This document shows, in pieces, positions 1 to 11,806 of a DNA stretch of 64,000 nucleotides. Under the pieces are notes generated by a model. That model ran no database searches. It was not told the origin of the DNA and saw only the letters and a list, made by a program, of their open reading frames with translations. Numbering within the stretch: the stretch's first letter is position 1; every line of letters starts with the position of its first letter. The DNA lies in assembly GCA_965112155.1 (NCBI GenBank), contig OZ218098.1. The stretch is one strand, 5' to 3'. The DNA comes from Podarcis liolepis (lineage: Eukaryota). Made by a program: the position numbers and the translations under genes.

Positions 1-174
1 TATTTAAACCGCTTAGATATTTTTTATGTTGAAGTGGTGTACAAATTCTGTTAAATAAAATAAACGCAATATATAACCCTACTTGCAAAATTGGGAGGCA
101 GAGAATGTCTACAGCACCATTCTGCTTTGCTTCATCGTCTCTGATCAGGACCTTAAAAATGCAGAAAATGGTAG

Positions 175-459
<285 letters not shown>

Positions 460-1314
460 TAGTGTGTTCTTCTAGCTCCTATGAAAACCGAGCTATAACT
501 TCAGTAGAGGATTTCTAAAGCTTTGGGCATGTGAACCAAATGGGGATTCTGCTATCCCCATATCACATCTCAGCAAGTTGCAGATTTGGTCTGTCAAATT
601 ATTGAGACTGAATGAGCGTTTGGCCCCAATTTTCAGGAAGAGCACAACTTTCATAGTGTAGCATTCCAAGTTTAAAAGCCTGCTTTGAGTGTTTTTCTGC
701 CCTTTCTCTGGCTGGGAGAAACTGTCCAGTTGTTCTAGTAATGGCAGAAAGCCCTGTCTCCCCACCCTTCTCTTCCACTCCCTTCCTGGTAGCCTGCTTA
801 CCTTCATGTGTTGTACAGAAGGATGGATGTTGGGCTTTCCTTTTCCTTTGTATAAGACTGCTGCATGATTGACAGGAGTGAGGCTGGCACGTAGCCCCAC
901 TGAGCAAACGCCACACATGTGCTGTCGGTCTCCCAGTGCTCCAGCTGCTAATTACGCAGCAGGTTGTGTGGCCTCTGCTGATGGCCCCTGAGCGCTGGGG
1001 AACATAAGTGTGAATTACAGAGGCTGGGATTGAGAATGATTTTTCCATTAAGGCGATGCTCGGATAAAGCTGGCAAGCAGCCTGGCTCAGCTACTGGCTG
1101 CAGTCTTCTAAGTGACAGCGAAGACAAGGATTCAGCCGGAGGCAGTGGTTCTCTAGGGACTCTCACTGTGCTGTTCTGTACAAGCCATTTCCTGTGCCCA
1201 AGTTTAGGCACCTCTGTGTTCTCTCTGTTAATGGTCTCGCCGTGGAGGCATGAGGTCAGATAAAGTGGGCAGTGCAGAATACACAGAAAGTGCTGCTGTG
1301 CTCATGGGAATAAC

Positions 1315-1423
1315 CAGTGCTATTTTTCCAGAAAAAGAGGTGACAGAACTCACCTCTTGTTCTCTTACAATGGCAGTGGCACCCACCTGAGAGGTGCGTT
1401 CTGGCTGGGGGCAAAAAGCACAG
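1315..1423. mobile_element. Short degenerate non-autonomous DNA transposon
   Basis: Imperfect TIR cagtgctattttt/aaaaagcacag and internal inverted aagaggtga/tcacctctt; similar flanks ggaataac/ggaaatag. Confidence 0.5.
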
Positions 1424-1665
1424 GGAAATAGCAGTTTGCCATATCCTTATATGGCCTGTAGTTTATACCTGGCTCTCTCCATGTGATTACAGACTCACAG
1501 GCAATACAGATGTTTGTGTGAAGACATAGGTCAGTCTGTGAACCAGACTTCACAGGTTGAAATGGTGTGTTACTAGTTCACAACAACAGGGTATTTTGTG
1601 TGTTCTCAATTTCTGAAATCAAACATCCATATTTCCAAGTTCTCATCTATACTATAAAGAAGTAG

Positions 1666-1950
<285 letters not shown>

Positions 1951-2140
1951 CTAAGGTAAGATGGTGGGGAAATGCCCACTTCCCCAAATCATCGACTGCA
2001 ACTTAAGTGCTTGAAGAGTTCCTTTTACCTCCTGAATGGGGCAAAACCAGAAGCAATGAGCATTAAAGGCACTGTGCTGAGTTCCTCAGTCTTGTTCGCA
2101 GTGGGTGATTCCCTTAGTTGTTCATATTTATGAACTAGAT

Positions 2141-2276
2141 CAGGCATCCCCAAACTCGGCCCTCCAGATGTTTTGGGACTACAGTTCCCATCATCCCTGA
2201 CCATTGGTTCTATTAGCTAGGGATGGTGGGAGTTGTAGTCCCAAAACATCTGCAGGGCCGAGTTTGGGGGTGCCTG
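2141..2276. mobile_element. hAT (Charlie-type) palindromic MITE
   Basis: Long TIRs CAGGCATCCCCAAACTCGGCCCT/AGGGCCGAGTTTGGGGGTGCCTG; perfect 8-bp TSD AACTAGAT. Confidence 0.92.
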
Positions 2277-3655
2277 AACTAGATGGTGTCCCTCAAGCAT
2301 TTTGGAAGGTGTAGGGTGTGGCTGGTGCAGTTTGCAGCCTGTGTTTTACAGTTCTAGAGCAATTAAAAGTGTGTTTTGATCACAATTACTGGGGGAGATG
2401 CTTCAGACTAGACTGGCTTACTATCAAAGATAAGTATGAATATCTACATTCACTGTATGGAACTTAATGTATAATCTACCCTTCCTGTGTAGCTGAGCAG
2501 TAAGCAGAGCTCTTCCCTTCTCTATGGAAGCAGCAGCTTGTGTGTTGCTTTATTATAAAAAAAATGACACTTAATTCTACTCTGCCTGAAAAATTATGAC
2601 AGAAGAGTGAATGGATGTCAAGTCGGTTGGGATCTCCCAGCAGACCCCATTCTTGAGCTGTACCTAGGGCAGCTATTGTTGTTTTAAAGGGGGGTTTCCA
2701 GATGTGCAAATAATCCAGATGTCTGAGAGCATTTCCTCTGGCCGGGGTTGTGAGTTTGGTTGGGTAGGGGGCCATTTCCTGTTCTTTTGCTGCTGAAAGT
2801 GCACAGATGAATCCCAAACGCTCCTTAAACTGCCTGCCCTGAGAGAGATGCTACTGCCAACAGCTTGTGGGGAGGAGAAAGCCCTGTTCTTGCCAAATGT
2901 GTGTTCCTTTCAACACCCCCATTCACTACCCTCGTTGTTTGTGGAATGTCAAGGTCTGGCCTTCCTGAACTCCTCTCTTTCTCTCTCTTACTAGAAAGCT
3001 GCGCCAGTGAGGAGTGCATAACTTGGCAATGTGCTTATAGGTGTGGTCCCGACTCTTTTGTGGAGGAAATGGGAGCTGGTTTTCCCGTAATTATCTGCAG
3101 TGCAAATGGGATCCAGCTTTATGTTGGACAGCATCTTTCTGTAAAAGCAAGCTGTCCCCATAAGACTTTGGAGAATTGCATAAGCAGGGGTAAAGCTACA
3201 GGAAGTGTGATGTCTAGGATTCCTAAAAGGGGAGCAGTGGAGTGACAGGGTCATGCAAAAGAATAGCTTTCCAGCTATAGAAAGCTTCTTGCAAGTTTTT
3301 ATCCCACCACCACAGGTCCTATCTTTACAGAAGGTGAATTCCCTTTTTTTGGTTGCCATGCTGTCTGTTCATGTAGCGTTTGTATCTTGTAATCCCCTAT
3401 CTTCCAGCGTTTCATATTAGAATTGCATATTATGTTTAATGCTGGGAACAGTGTTTGGGCGCTGTGGCTATATTTCCTTCCTCTTTGCCCTAATGATGGC
3501 CAAAAAATAATAATACTGAATTTGGGCCATTTCTGTCCACCTGACCTGTGTCCAGCCTTATCTTATATCTGCTTTGAGAAAAGCAGCATAACACTGAATG
3601 CTAGACCCAGAAGGATGAATATATATTATGATAGCCAGGCCTTAGCCTTCTTCAT

Positions 3656-3790
3656 AGATAGCTCAGTTGGTAAAGCATGAGACTCTTAATCTCAGGGTCA
3701 TGGGTTCAAGCCAAAAGGGTTTCCTGCATTGCAGGGGTTAGACTAGATGATCGTAATTTTCCCTTCCAACTCTGCAGTTCTGTGATTCTA
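3656..3790 (+). mobile_element. Short tRNA-derived SINE with CR1-like tail (Squam2-like)
   Basis: A box tagctcagttgg, B box ggttcaagcc, tRNA-Lys-like gactcttaatctc; tail cccttccaactct..tgattcta shared with CR1 3' ends. Confidence 0.8.
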
Positions 3791-5493
3791 AGCTGCCCCA
3801 TGTGTATGCAGAGTTCAAGTCTGCCTTCTGAGTTTCCAGAAGGGTGGTACTTCAAGGAAATGAGAGGGCAGCCACACATGCATTCATCTCTTCATTGCCT
3901 AACACAAAGCAGAGCTGAGATCATAGTGGACTTAAAGCCTTCTTCTGTCTTCTAGTATCAAAGTAGTAGTAGCTGTGAGACAGCAGAGCCATTCCCAGTG
4001 CCGTGACTGTGAAGGGATCAGCAGACAGTAGATGTCCATCCTTTGGATAGTTATTTATAAGGCTAGCATTATGCACTAAAAACAGGTGATGGTACTGTTA
4101 CCGCTAAAGCACGTGATGGAAGGCATCACAGATTGGGCCATGCATTCTCTCCAGATTTGCCTATATTGGAATCCCATGGCTAGGCCAATAGCCACATGCA
4201 GCAAACACTGTATGCTCAGTGGATGGGTAAATCAAAGAACTTGGGTAATGGACTTTAAGAGTCACAGCATCATCCCGAGGATACTAAAGAGTACTGCACC
4301 CATTTTTCCTGCAAGAAATGGAACCTCAATGAGAAGTTCAGCATTATCAAATATTATACAATTACTGACCCAAACTTCCTTCATATTCCTAGTTAAATGT
4401 TGATACTATTTTTATACTGTTTTTTAAATTTGCTATGCTTCTTAAAACAGCACAGCTCAATGGTAGTGAAAGATGAGATAGGCATGGCCAAGTGACTGGA
4501 AATTAAAGCAGTCTTGATGCTTTCTGTGGCCAGCTGGTGTTGTAAGTTGACTGACAAAGAGTCTCCACGGTGACATCATATTTAAGCCACCTTGTCACCA
4601 CCACCAGCAGGTATTGAATGTCACACATGGGAAGCTTTTAAGCCACTGCAGCCAATGCCATTCTTTTTTAAGGGAGACCATTCACACAGCCGCCTGTAAA
4701 TCATTGAGGGGCAAGACACCATGTGTTATATACATGAACATGGGAATCTGGACTTAAATCTGGTTTAGGAAGAAAATGACTAATTCAGACCTCTTCCCAG
4801 AAGAGAGCCATTGCTATTAAAATGCTGGCGAAATTTAGTGAACTTTGGGTTGTGTTCATATGATTCCCTGCTGCTCTCCCAAACCCACTGACCCACCTTT
4901 CTTAGCTTCTTCGTGGTTGCTGTGTCATGTGCTTTCAAACCATGCCATGAAAAGTTGGAAGGAACTAGAGTCAGTAAAAGTTGGGGGCAGGGAGAGGAGA
5001 GAATTCTCAGTAGCTATCAAGTTCAACACCCCAAAATGCACTTGGCACTAAGCAATTTGCCCTGTTGTGTAGTAGGTAGCTTTTTAGCAGCTGCATGAAC
5101 TTACTGCTCTGCTTGTCAAGAGTCAGCTGTAACAGAGCACCATCTTCTTATTCTAAGCATTAGCTGTTTGCTGCAGAAAGGCCGCTCCATGAGTGGTAAC
5201 ATGCCTCAGAGTTGCTGCAGCCACAGAGTCCACACCATCAAACCTTGAGAAAAGAGCACACTGGAGAAAACCGTGTCATAGAACTGCTTTCTCCAAAGCA
5301 AACTGTCCCCCCTCTGGATTTCTCTTATTCTACAAAGTTATTTTCTGTGTCTTTTGGCATTGTTTAAAACTGTGTGGTAGGAAGAATGCAAAGTGTTCGT
5401 TTAAAGGTTTCTGAAGTGTGTTATATATTGGGAAACCATGTGTGCTTAAGGAAATGGTGAGCTGTTCTAATATCTGTCTTCTCTGTTCACCAG

Positions 5494-5780
5494 CTGACCA
5501 GACTGTGACTTGGAGGGATTTCCACTGTGTGTAGTGCAGAGACAGAGGCGACATGAAAGAAGAATCAAGTGGATTCAAGGGAAGGGGACAGACGAGATGG
5601 TGTCTGCAGGCCCCAAGAGCTCTGCACAGACTGTCTCAAAACTTCACCAAGGCCTGCAATGAACTATTTTTTATTTTTATTTTTGAAACGCTCCTCTCCT
5701 CTCCTTGCCTCCCTCCCTCTCCTGGCAACTTGTACAAAGCCACAGATGGAAGTAAATTATTGTATGATGGTCTTGACACT
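5494..5780 (+). other. HRAS: HRAS terminal non-coding (3'UTR) exon, to the proximal poly(A) site
   Basis: Polypyrimidine tract and cag acceptor at 5491-5493. Blocks TGCACAGACTGTCT (5623-5636) and CACAGATGG..AGTAAATTATTG..ATGGTCTTGA (5741-5776) match my recollection of the mammalian HRAS 3'UTR end. Confidence 0.8.
5751..5756 (+). promoter_or_regulatory. Non-canonical poly(A) signal AGTAAA (HRAS proximal)
   Basis: AGTAAA variant hexamer within the conserved block at the end of the HRAS 3'UTR. Confidence 0.6.
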
Positions 5781-7252
5781 GGTTTCTGCATCTCTGTCCC
5801 TGTTCCTGAGGATTGACTGGCATTGCCTGTTCTTCTGGAGCAGGCACTGGCAGAGGGGAGGGGGAGGCCCATGCAGAGCAGCCAGGCAGGTCGCTGCTTC
5901 AGCCTCTTTGAGCTCGCCTCCTTGGCAGGGGCCAAAGCCTAGTTGGAGCTGTGGCTGTGCCCTGGCCTGCTGCTTTTCTTTCAAGAAGCCTTTTATAGAA
6001 AAAGAGCAAATGTGGGTTGAGTGGCTCCACCACTGTATCTCAGAAAGAGAGTTAGCTGTGGCCTGCAGAAGATCATACCTCTTCAGAAAGCGTTGCCAAG
6101 AAATTCCACCCACTGACACTCTGCCATTCTATAGTGGTAGGGAAACTCTTTACTGGTCTCAGCCATTTCTGGGGGTGAGGTGGGGGGAAGACATATAAAC
6201 ATACCTCCTTTATGAATGGATTCTAAGCCAATTCTCAAACTGCTGTTCCCAGAGTTGGGTTTCATTTACCTTTGCCCCTATTGGTTTACATTGGCATAAA
6301 CATGGAAGACGATTCCTTCTCGTTGTTCTTGGCAATTGTTAATTCTCCCCTGCGCTAGAACAACCCGGTGAGTTTTCTCTGCGGAGAGTAGTTCTGCCTG
6401 GTGAAAGTTCCCTGCAGGCCTGGAGTGGGTGTGGGTGTGTGTGTGTGTGAAGAAGGGGAGAGAAGGGGGGTGTTCCTTTGCAGCATGTCACCCCCCCCCT
6501 TTGTGGTGTTGGGAGGACTTGTGTGTATGTGTAAATATATAAATGATTATACAGCAGCTTGTTGATTGCAACTGAAGGATGTTTGATTCTCAGTTTTAGT
6601 CTCTGTGTTTCACTGAGCCCAACTTCTGTTTCATCCATTAATTACCTGATGGAGTTTGAAGGAGAACAGCTCTTTCTTGTCCCTTTTGTGGGGGGGGGGA
6701 GGGCATTGGGAGCTGTGCTGTCTTTCTTCCCCCGGAACCATTGTGTCTTATGAAGGGGTGGGGAGGGGTGCCTAATGGACGAGAAATGGTCACTTGTTGG
6801 CTTTCTTCTTTGTTGTAAGTTTGGCCATTTCCTGAGCAGTTTTTTATGCTTGTTGCCTGTGCTGGGGCTGACTGCATTGATGTGCTTGTTGCAAATCTTG
6901 TGAACTTCCTGGAGGGGCAGCTGGTCTCTGGAGGCACAGGAGTGTGTTTCCTTGTTCCTGCTCTGACCTCTTCTTTCCTTTGCAGCCGCTGTGCCTATGC
7001 TGCTGCATGCACAGCTCAAATTCCTGCTCTTCAGGTAGCAGCTCCTCTGTATTAATGTGACTGTACCAATTATACTTGCTGTTTTGTTAAAGGTTTTGCC
7101 AGTAAGATAGTCAAGCCAGGTGCTCGGCCCTAGCTGAGCTAAGGGAAACAAGTTTCTTCCAATAATTAGGTGACTGGTGTGGATTTTTAAAGGGGGGGGG
7201 TCGATCCAATGTTGGAGGTGTAAAAGAGAACCCAAATCTAGCCTTAAATGTC

Positions 7253-7258
7253 ATTAAA
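7253..7258 (+). promoter_or_regulatory. Candidate distal poly(A) signal ATTAAA (extended HRAS 3'UTR)
   Basis: ATTAAA followed by a GT/T-rich downstream element (ggtgtgtttatttttg), at the end of a TE-free, U/GU-rich stretch. Confidence 0.5.
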
Positions 7259-10200
7259 AAGTGTTGTTCTCAAAGGTGTGTTTATTTTTGAAGTTGACTA
7301 TTTGCATGTTGCACCTCGCTGGTTTGATACCTTTTTTCTAAAGTTTGCCGAGTATTAAGTCACCTTTTTGTGCTGCATCTGAAGATAGGACCACGTGCTC
7401 TCTTGAAAACAAATGCTCAGAAATCTGTCCTATCTTAGTCCCACCTCCATGGTTGATCTTCTTGAACCGAGGCTGTCTTTGGGAGAGAGAGAGCTGTTGC
7501 TTGGTAACAAAGATGACTCAATACAGTTGCATACTCTCTTGACAAATTATTATTATTCCTACCTTTGTGGATAACTTCTATTCTCTACAGCAGGGGTAGA
7601 GAACTTGTGGCCATCTACAGTTCCCATCAGCATAGCCGATAGCAAGTAGTTCAGCAACATGGAGAAAGCTAGTTTCCTCACCCCATGCTACAAGTTTGTT
7701 GGATCATGCAACCTTAACAAGGCTACAAATGAACACTTGCTTGAGGCTACTACAAAAGCAGAAATGGTGAGCAGGATCTCCTATGGGGCTCTTTGCAAAT
7801 ACTTCTCATTAGCTCAGTTTGGCATGGCATTTGGTGGGGAAAGCATCTTTGTACATAAGTGTGTATGCATACCTGGACAGCAGATAGTGGCTAGATATCC
7901 AACTACTGATTCAGAGCTGAGGACAGAGACAGCCTCTAGTTTTGCCATTTGTTATACAAGCAGCTGTAGCAGGGATATGATGATGGGAGAAATAAATATG
8001 GCACATGCAGCACAGCAGAGACAAAGCTGCTATTGTTCCTTGAATACTTTTTTTGGTTCCTTGAATACCTTTTTTACAATCAGGTAAGCATAATATGAGG
8101 TTGTCTAAACTGCTATATCACCACAGTCCCACCACAATAGATGTGCAGGAGGAGGCATGAATAATCTGACAAGGTGAACGTTAGTTTTCCCTGATGGTGG
8201 TCTTCATGCAGGCAGCTGGCACCAGGATTCTGAAGACAACAAATGAGACAGGGCCCTTATGCCTTCCGGTTTTCTAAACATCTGCGAGTACAGTATTCCA
8301 ACCCATAATTGAAGTTTGAGAGTGAAAGATTTACTAATAATTCTTAAAGAGCCCTCAGCACTTAGGTAAGAGGGGTTACTGCATGTGAATCCAAGTGAGT
8401 GACTTTTTTTCTTTATGGAACTGATGCTGGATCCCTTTAGAGAGCAGAAGAAATTCCTTTCTGTCAAGGATAGCCTGCCTTGCTCCTGAATTCAACCAAG
8501 CTGGAGAAATCCACCTAAGAGCTGGCATAGGGAACTGGCTCATTTGTTACTGCCAAGCTTTTTAAAAAAACCTAAAAGATGAGTGAGAAAACCCACATTT
8601 AAATCTAAATCACAGCCGCAACCTTCATCTGTGAATTTTTCCTCCTTGCTATAGGCAGTGCTAGCCTGTTATGATAGAAATGTATCTAACAGAACAGACT
8701 AATGATAGGTTGAAATTGTCCAAGCTAAAGGAAAAACATAGGTTCTACAGCTGGGATGATGAACAGGCTTCACTATTGTTCTGTTTTCCCTGCTGTTGCG
8801 TTTAAGTTAAAAATAGGACAAAGAGCCATGCTTGGGCCTAAGTCCACTCCAGGCCCTACTTAGCAGCCATTATTCAGGACTGACTCATTGACTGATTAGC
8901 AACACAGGCAGGAACTCTTCACAAAGGGCGGGGGGAAACATTGGCTACCATTAAAAAAAAAAATTGGAGCACCAGGTTGCAAAAAGCATGTGAACAATGG
9001 ATGTATAAGTCTTAAGGGCCTCCAGTGCAGTTAGCACTTTCCCTCTGAACCAGTTCAGAATGTTGCTGCTGTTGTCCAAAGTCTCATGTTCAAACTCAGT
9101 AGTGCCGAGTCTAAAAGAGGGGATTCTCTACTCCCCCAAAAGAGGTGTGTGTACTCATGCTTATTCCAGATGTTCTGGTTTGCTTGAAAACAATATAGTG
9201 CAAACTTGAAGACAAGTCATAACATGGAAAAACTATTTTAAAAATCCAAAATGTCTAAGCAGGGTGGGGTAGTGCCCTCTTGTGGCTGCAGCAGTCTCTG
9301 CCTTCGTCTTCTTTTGGTAAGGGAAGTCTCTCTGCAAGTTGTCTCCTGTTCCACTTTCTATGTAAACATTTATGAGGAGGACTGACAGGGCACGGAGAAG
9401 TTTAATTTGCACTTTGGTCCTAGCCCTGTGAGAGCATTTCTTGCTCAAAGCTTAAAGGAATGAATTGTAAGGAGTGCCTCTTGCTTCCAAGGGAGCTGAT
9501 ATGTAGGAGAACGTCATGGCACACAGTGTGCTTATTAAGAGAAGGCAAATGTAACGACACTTCCAGCTGGCTCTGCAAAAGTAGAAGCTAGCTTATTAAG
9601 CAAGCAATGCTAATTAAGTACTAGCTAAAACACTCCTGTGATACATAAAATCCTTCAGTGAGCACAGCAAGAATTCTCAAGTTACATCTTTTCATTTAAA
9701 CTAGCAGGATATTTCCGTTAACCTAAACACATTCTCTGGACCTTTAGTGGCAAAGTTTTTCCCCCTTTTTTAGCCAACTAAGACAGTAAACCTGCACCTG
9801 GAATATCCCACTTCAGCCACAAAGACAGACTCGCATGCTGGAACTCCTCCATAGGAAAAAGTTGCACAGATGGATGGAAAGATTGTAACCCAGCCTTCTT
9901 CCTAACTTCCTAGTTTCTGTGCAGTGAATTAAACCACCGGCTATGTCTGAACTGCAGACACAGCAGTGGTTGGTTGTGGCAACTAGGCCTACATTAAACT
10001 CAAAGATATATTTTTTTTAAGTACCCTACCCTTAGAACCAAATATTCCATTCAACACAAGTATCTGATGATTGCTGTTTTGAGAATCTCTCAAAAAAAAA
10101 TTCAGTCTCCCCAATCAGCTTAGTGTGTTTCAAACACCTGTGCCTTCCTCTCAGATTGCTTCCACGTGGTTTCTCTCTCACATAGCAAGCAATTCAGAGG

Positions 10201-10630
10201 CGAATACCTGCTTGTGGAGCCTCCTCTGTGGTTCACACCCACACTTTAAAAAGCTGTCAGCACAAGTGGCGACAGTGTGAAGACACCCACACTGTGAGCA
10301 CAGAAATGTCTCAAAGCATTTCAAAAGCAGCCTTTATCGATGGCACTTAAAATATGCAAACTTCCAAGGTTCACAAGGCGCTGCATCAAGCTGCAGAAAA
10401 AGAGCAGCAATGGCAGTGATTTTCACAGCCCATTCAGTAGTATAAACATTGCAGTTGCTGTTTCCCCACTGAACTTGCATACCAGTAACTTAAAACTGAG
10501 GAAAAAAGATATGCATTATTTAACTGATTTTGATTTTACTCGCTTGAGACCAACATAGCAACCAATAACACAATACGCATCTTCAGGGACCTGTCATGTT
10601 ATGCACATCTTTTGCAATGGCTACTATTGC

Positions 10631-11330
10631 CTAAGAACATTAGAGCAGACCTGCTGTATCAGACATGAGGACTATCCAGCATCCTCTTCTCGCAATGGTC
10701 AACCAGATGAAGAAGAGGAGAAGAGTTTGGATTTGATATCCTCCTTTATCACTAACCGAAGGAGTCTCAAAGTGGCTAACATTCTCCTTTCCCTTCCTCG
10801 CCCACAACAAACACTCTGTGAGGTGGGTGGGGCTGAGAGACTTCAGAGAAGTGTGACTAGCTCAAGGTCACCCAGCAGCTGCATGTGGAGGAGCAGGGAA
10901 GCGAACCCGGCTCCCCAGATTACGAGACTACCGCTCTTAACCACTACACCACACTGGCTCTCTTGTAGATGCCTAGAAGAAACCTAGAAGCAGCACAGGA
11001 ACCCAGCAGCACTCTCCGCACTGCTGCTTGCATTAAGTAGTATTAAGTGGCATTAAGTAGTATTCAGAGGCATAACGTCACCAATACTGGCGATAGTACA
11101 CAGCTATCATGGCATTCATAGCTTTATCCTCGATGAAATTGCCCAGCTCCCTTTTAAAGCCATCAGTCTTGCTGACCATTGCTAACAATACCTTGCAGTA
11201 GTGGATTCCGTTTATGTCCTTTTGTCTTGAATCTTCCCATATTCTGTTTCATTGGATGATCTCATGTTCTAGTATTAACAAGGGAGAAAAAACTTTCTCC
11301 CTGCCATGCATAATTTTATAGACCTCTATG
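10631..11330 (-). mobile_element. Old CR1 LINE 3' fragment interrupted by a Squam3 SINE
   Basis: taagaacat..ctgctg.atcag..tccagcatcct..cttttaaagccatc..agggagaaaaaactttctcc..catgcataattttata is typical of a reverse-oriented CR1 3' end. Confidence 0.7.
10710..10962 (-). mobile_element. Squam3-type tRNA-derived SINE
   Basis: Minus strand GAGAGCCAGTGTGGTGTAGTGGTTAAGAG..GGTTCG (A/B boxes) with a CTT/CTC tail; closely similar copy at 55745-56021. Confidence 0.88.
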
Positions 11331-11782
11331 TATCAGCAACAAAGAACAAAGCTGGAATTAGCTGCTTATGGAAGAAAAGACAAAATCCATCTGAGATGCA
11401 TGTGATTGACATCTGATCTGCACAGTAGAGGGAATGATCTGTAAAATTGAAGAATTTGCAAATTATTGCCATCCTTGTAAATTATTGCTGTACTTTAAAT
11501 AGTGTTCTACCCTTTCAGAACCAGAAGCTCAATTGTGCATTTAGGGGCCCATTCCTTTGTCTTTTTAAAGCTTATATATATGTGGTTCTGTTGTGACCCA
11601 AGTTCAGTCAGGCTGTTATGCAGCAGCGAGTCATGACCCACCACTTGCAGACAATTGTTTTAGTTTATCGGGTCACAGGCCACAGCCTACAACTGTTGCA
11701 TATTCTTAGCGTGAAGTACTATAGAAGCAGAAAACTAGAATTTGCCTGCCATTAGCCCAGAAAGGATATTAACCATCCAGGG

Positions 11783-11806
11783 ACACACACACACACACAC
11801 ACACAC
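11783..11806. repeat. (AC)n microsatellite
   Basis: Read directly. Confidence 0.93.

Noticed and set aside
1030-1263. ORF containing GGSGSLGTL, superficially like the p19 H-Ras IDX peptide
   Set aside because: Low-complexity similarity only, with no convincing polypyrimidine acceptor and donor pair.
3656-3715. tRNA-Lys-like sequence
   Set aside because: The acceptor stem is incomplete and it runs into a CR1-like tail, so it is a SINE head and not a tRNA gene. The same applies to 53650-53710.
5569-6198. 209-aa ORF on +, plus overlapping ORFs up to 7235
   Set aside because: They lie in the HRAS 3'UTR, have no recognisable domain and include non-ATG starts; likely chance ORFs.
6077-6207. TACCTC let-7 seed hexamers in the extended HRAS 3'UTR
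   Set aside because: 6-mer matches only, which are expected by chance; no conservation evidence available.
8034-8076. Short imperfect tandem duplications (also near 11030 and 16450-16550)
   Set aside because: Ordinary slippage duplications with no further structure.
10601-10987. 128-aa ORF similar to the ORF at 55794-56063
   Set aside because: Both are antisense translations of Squam3 SINE copies.
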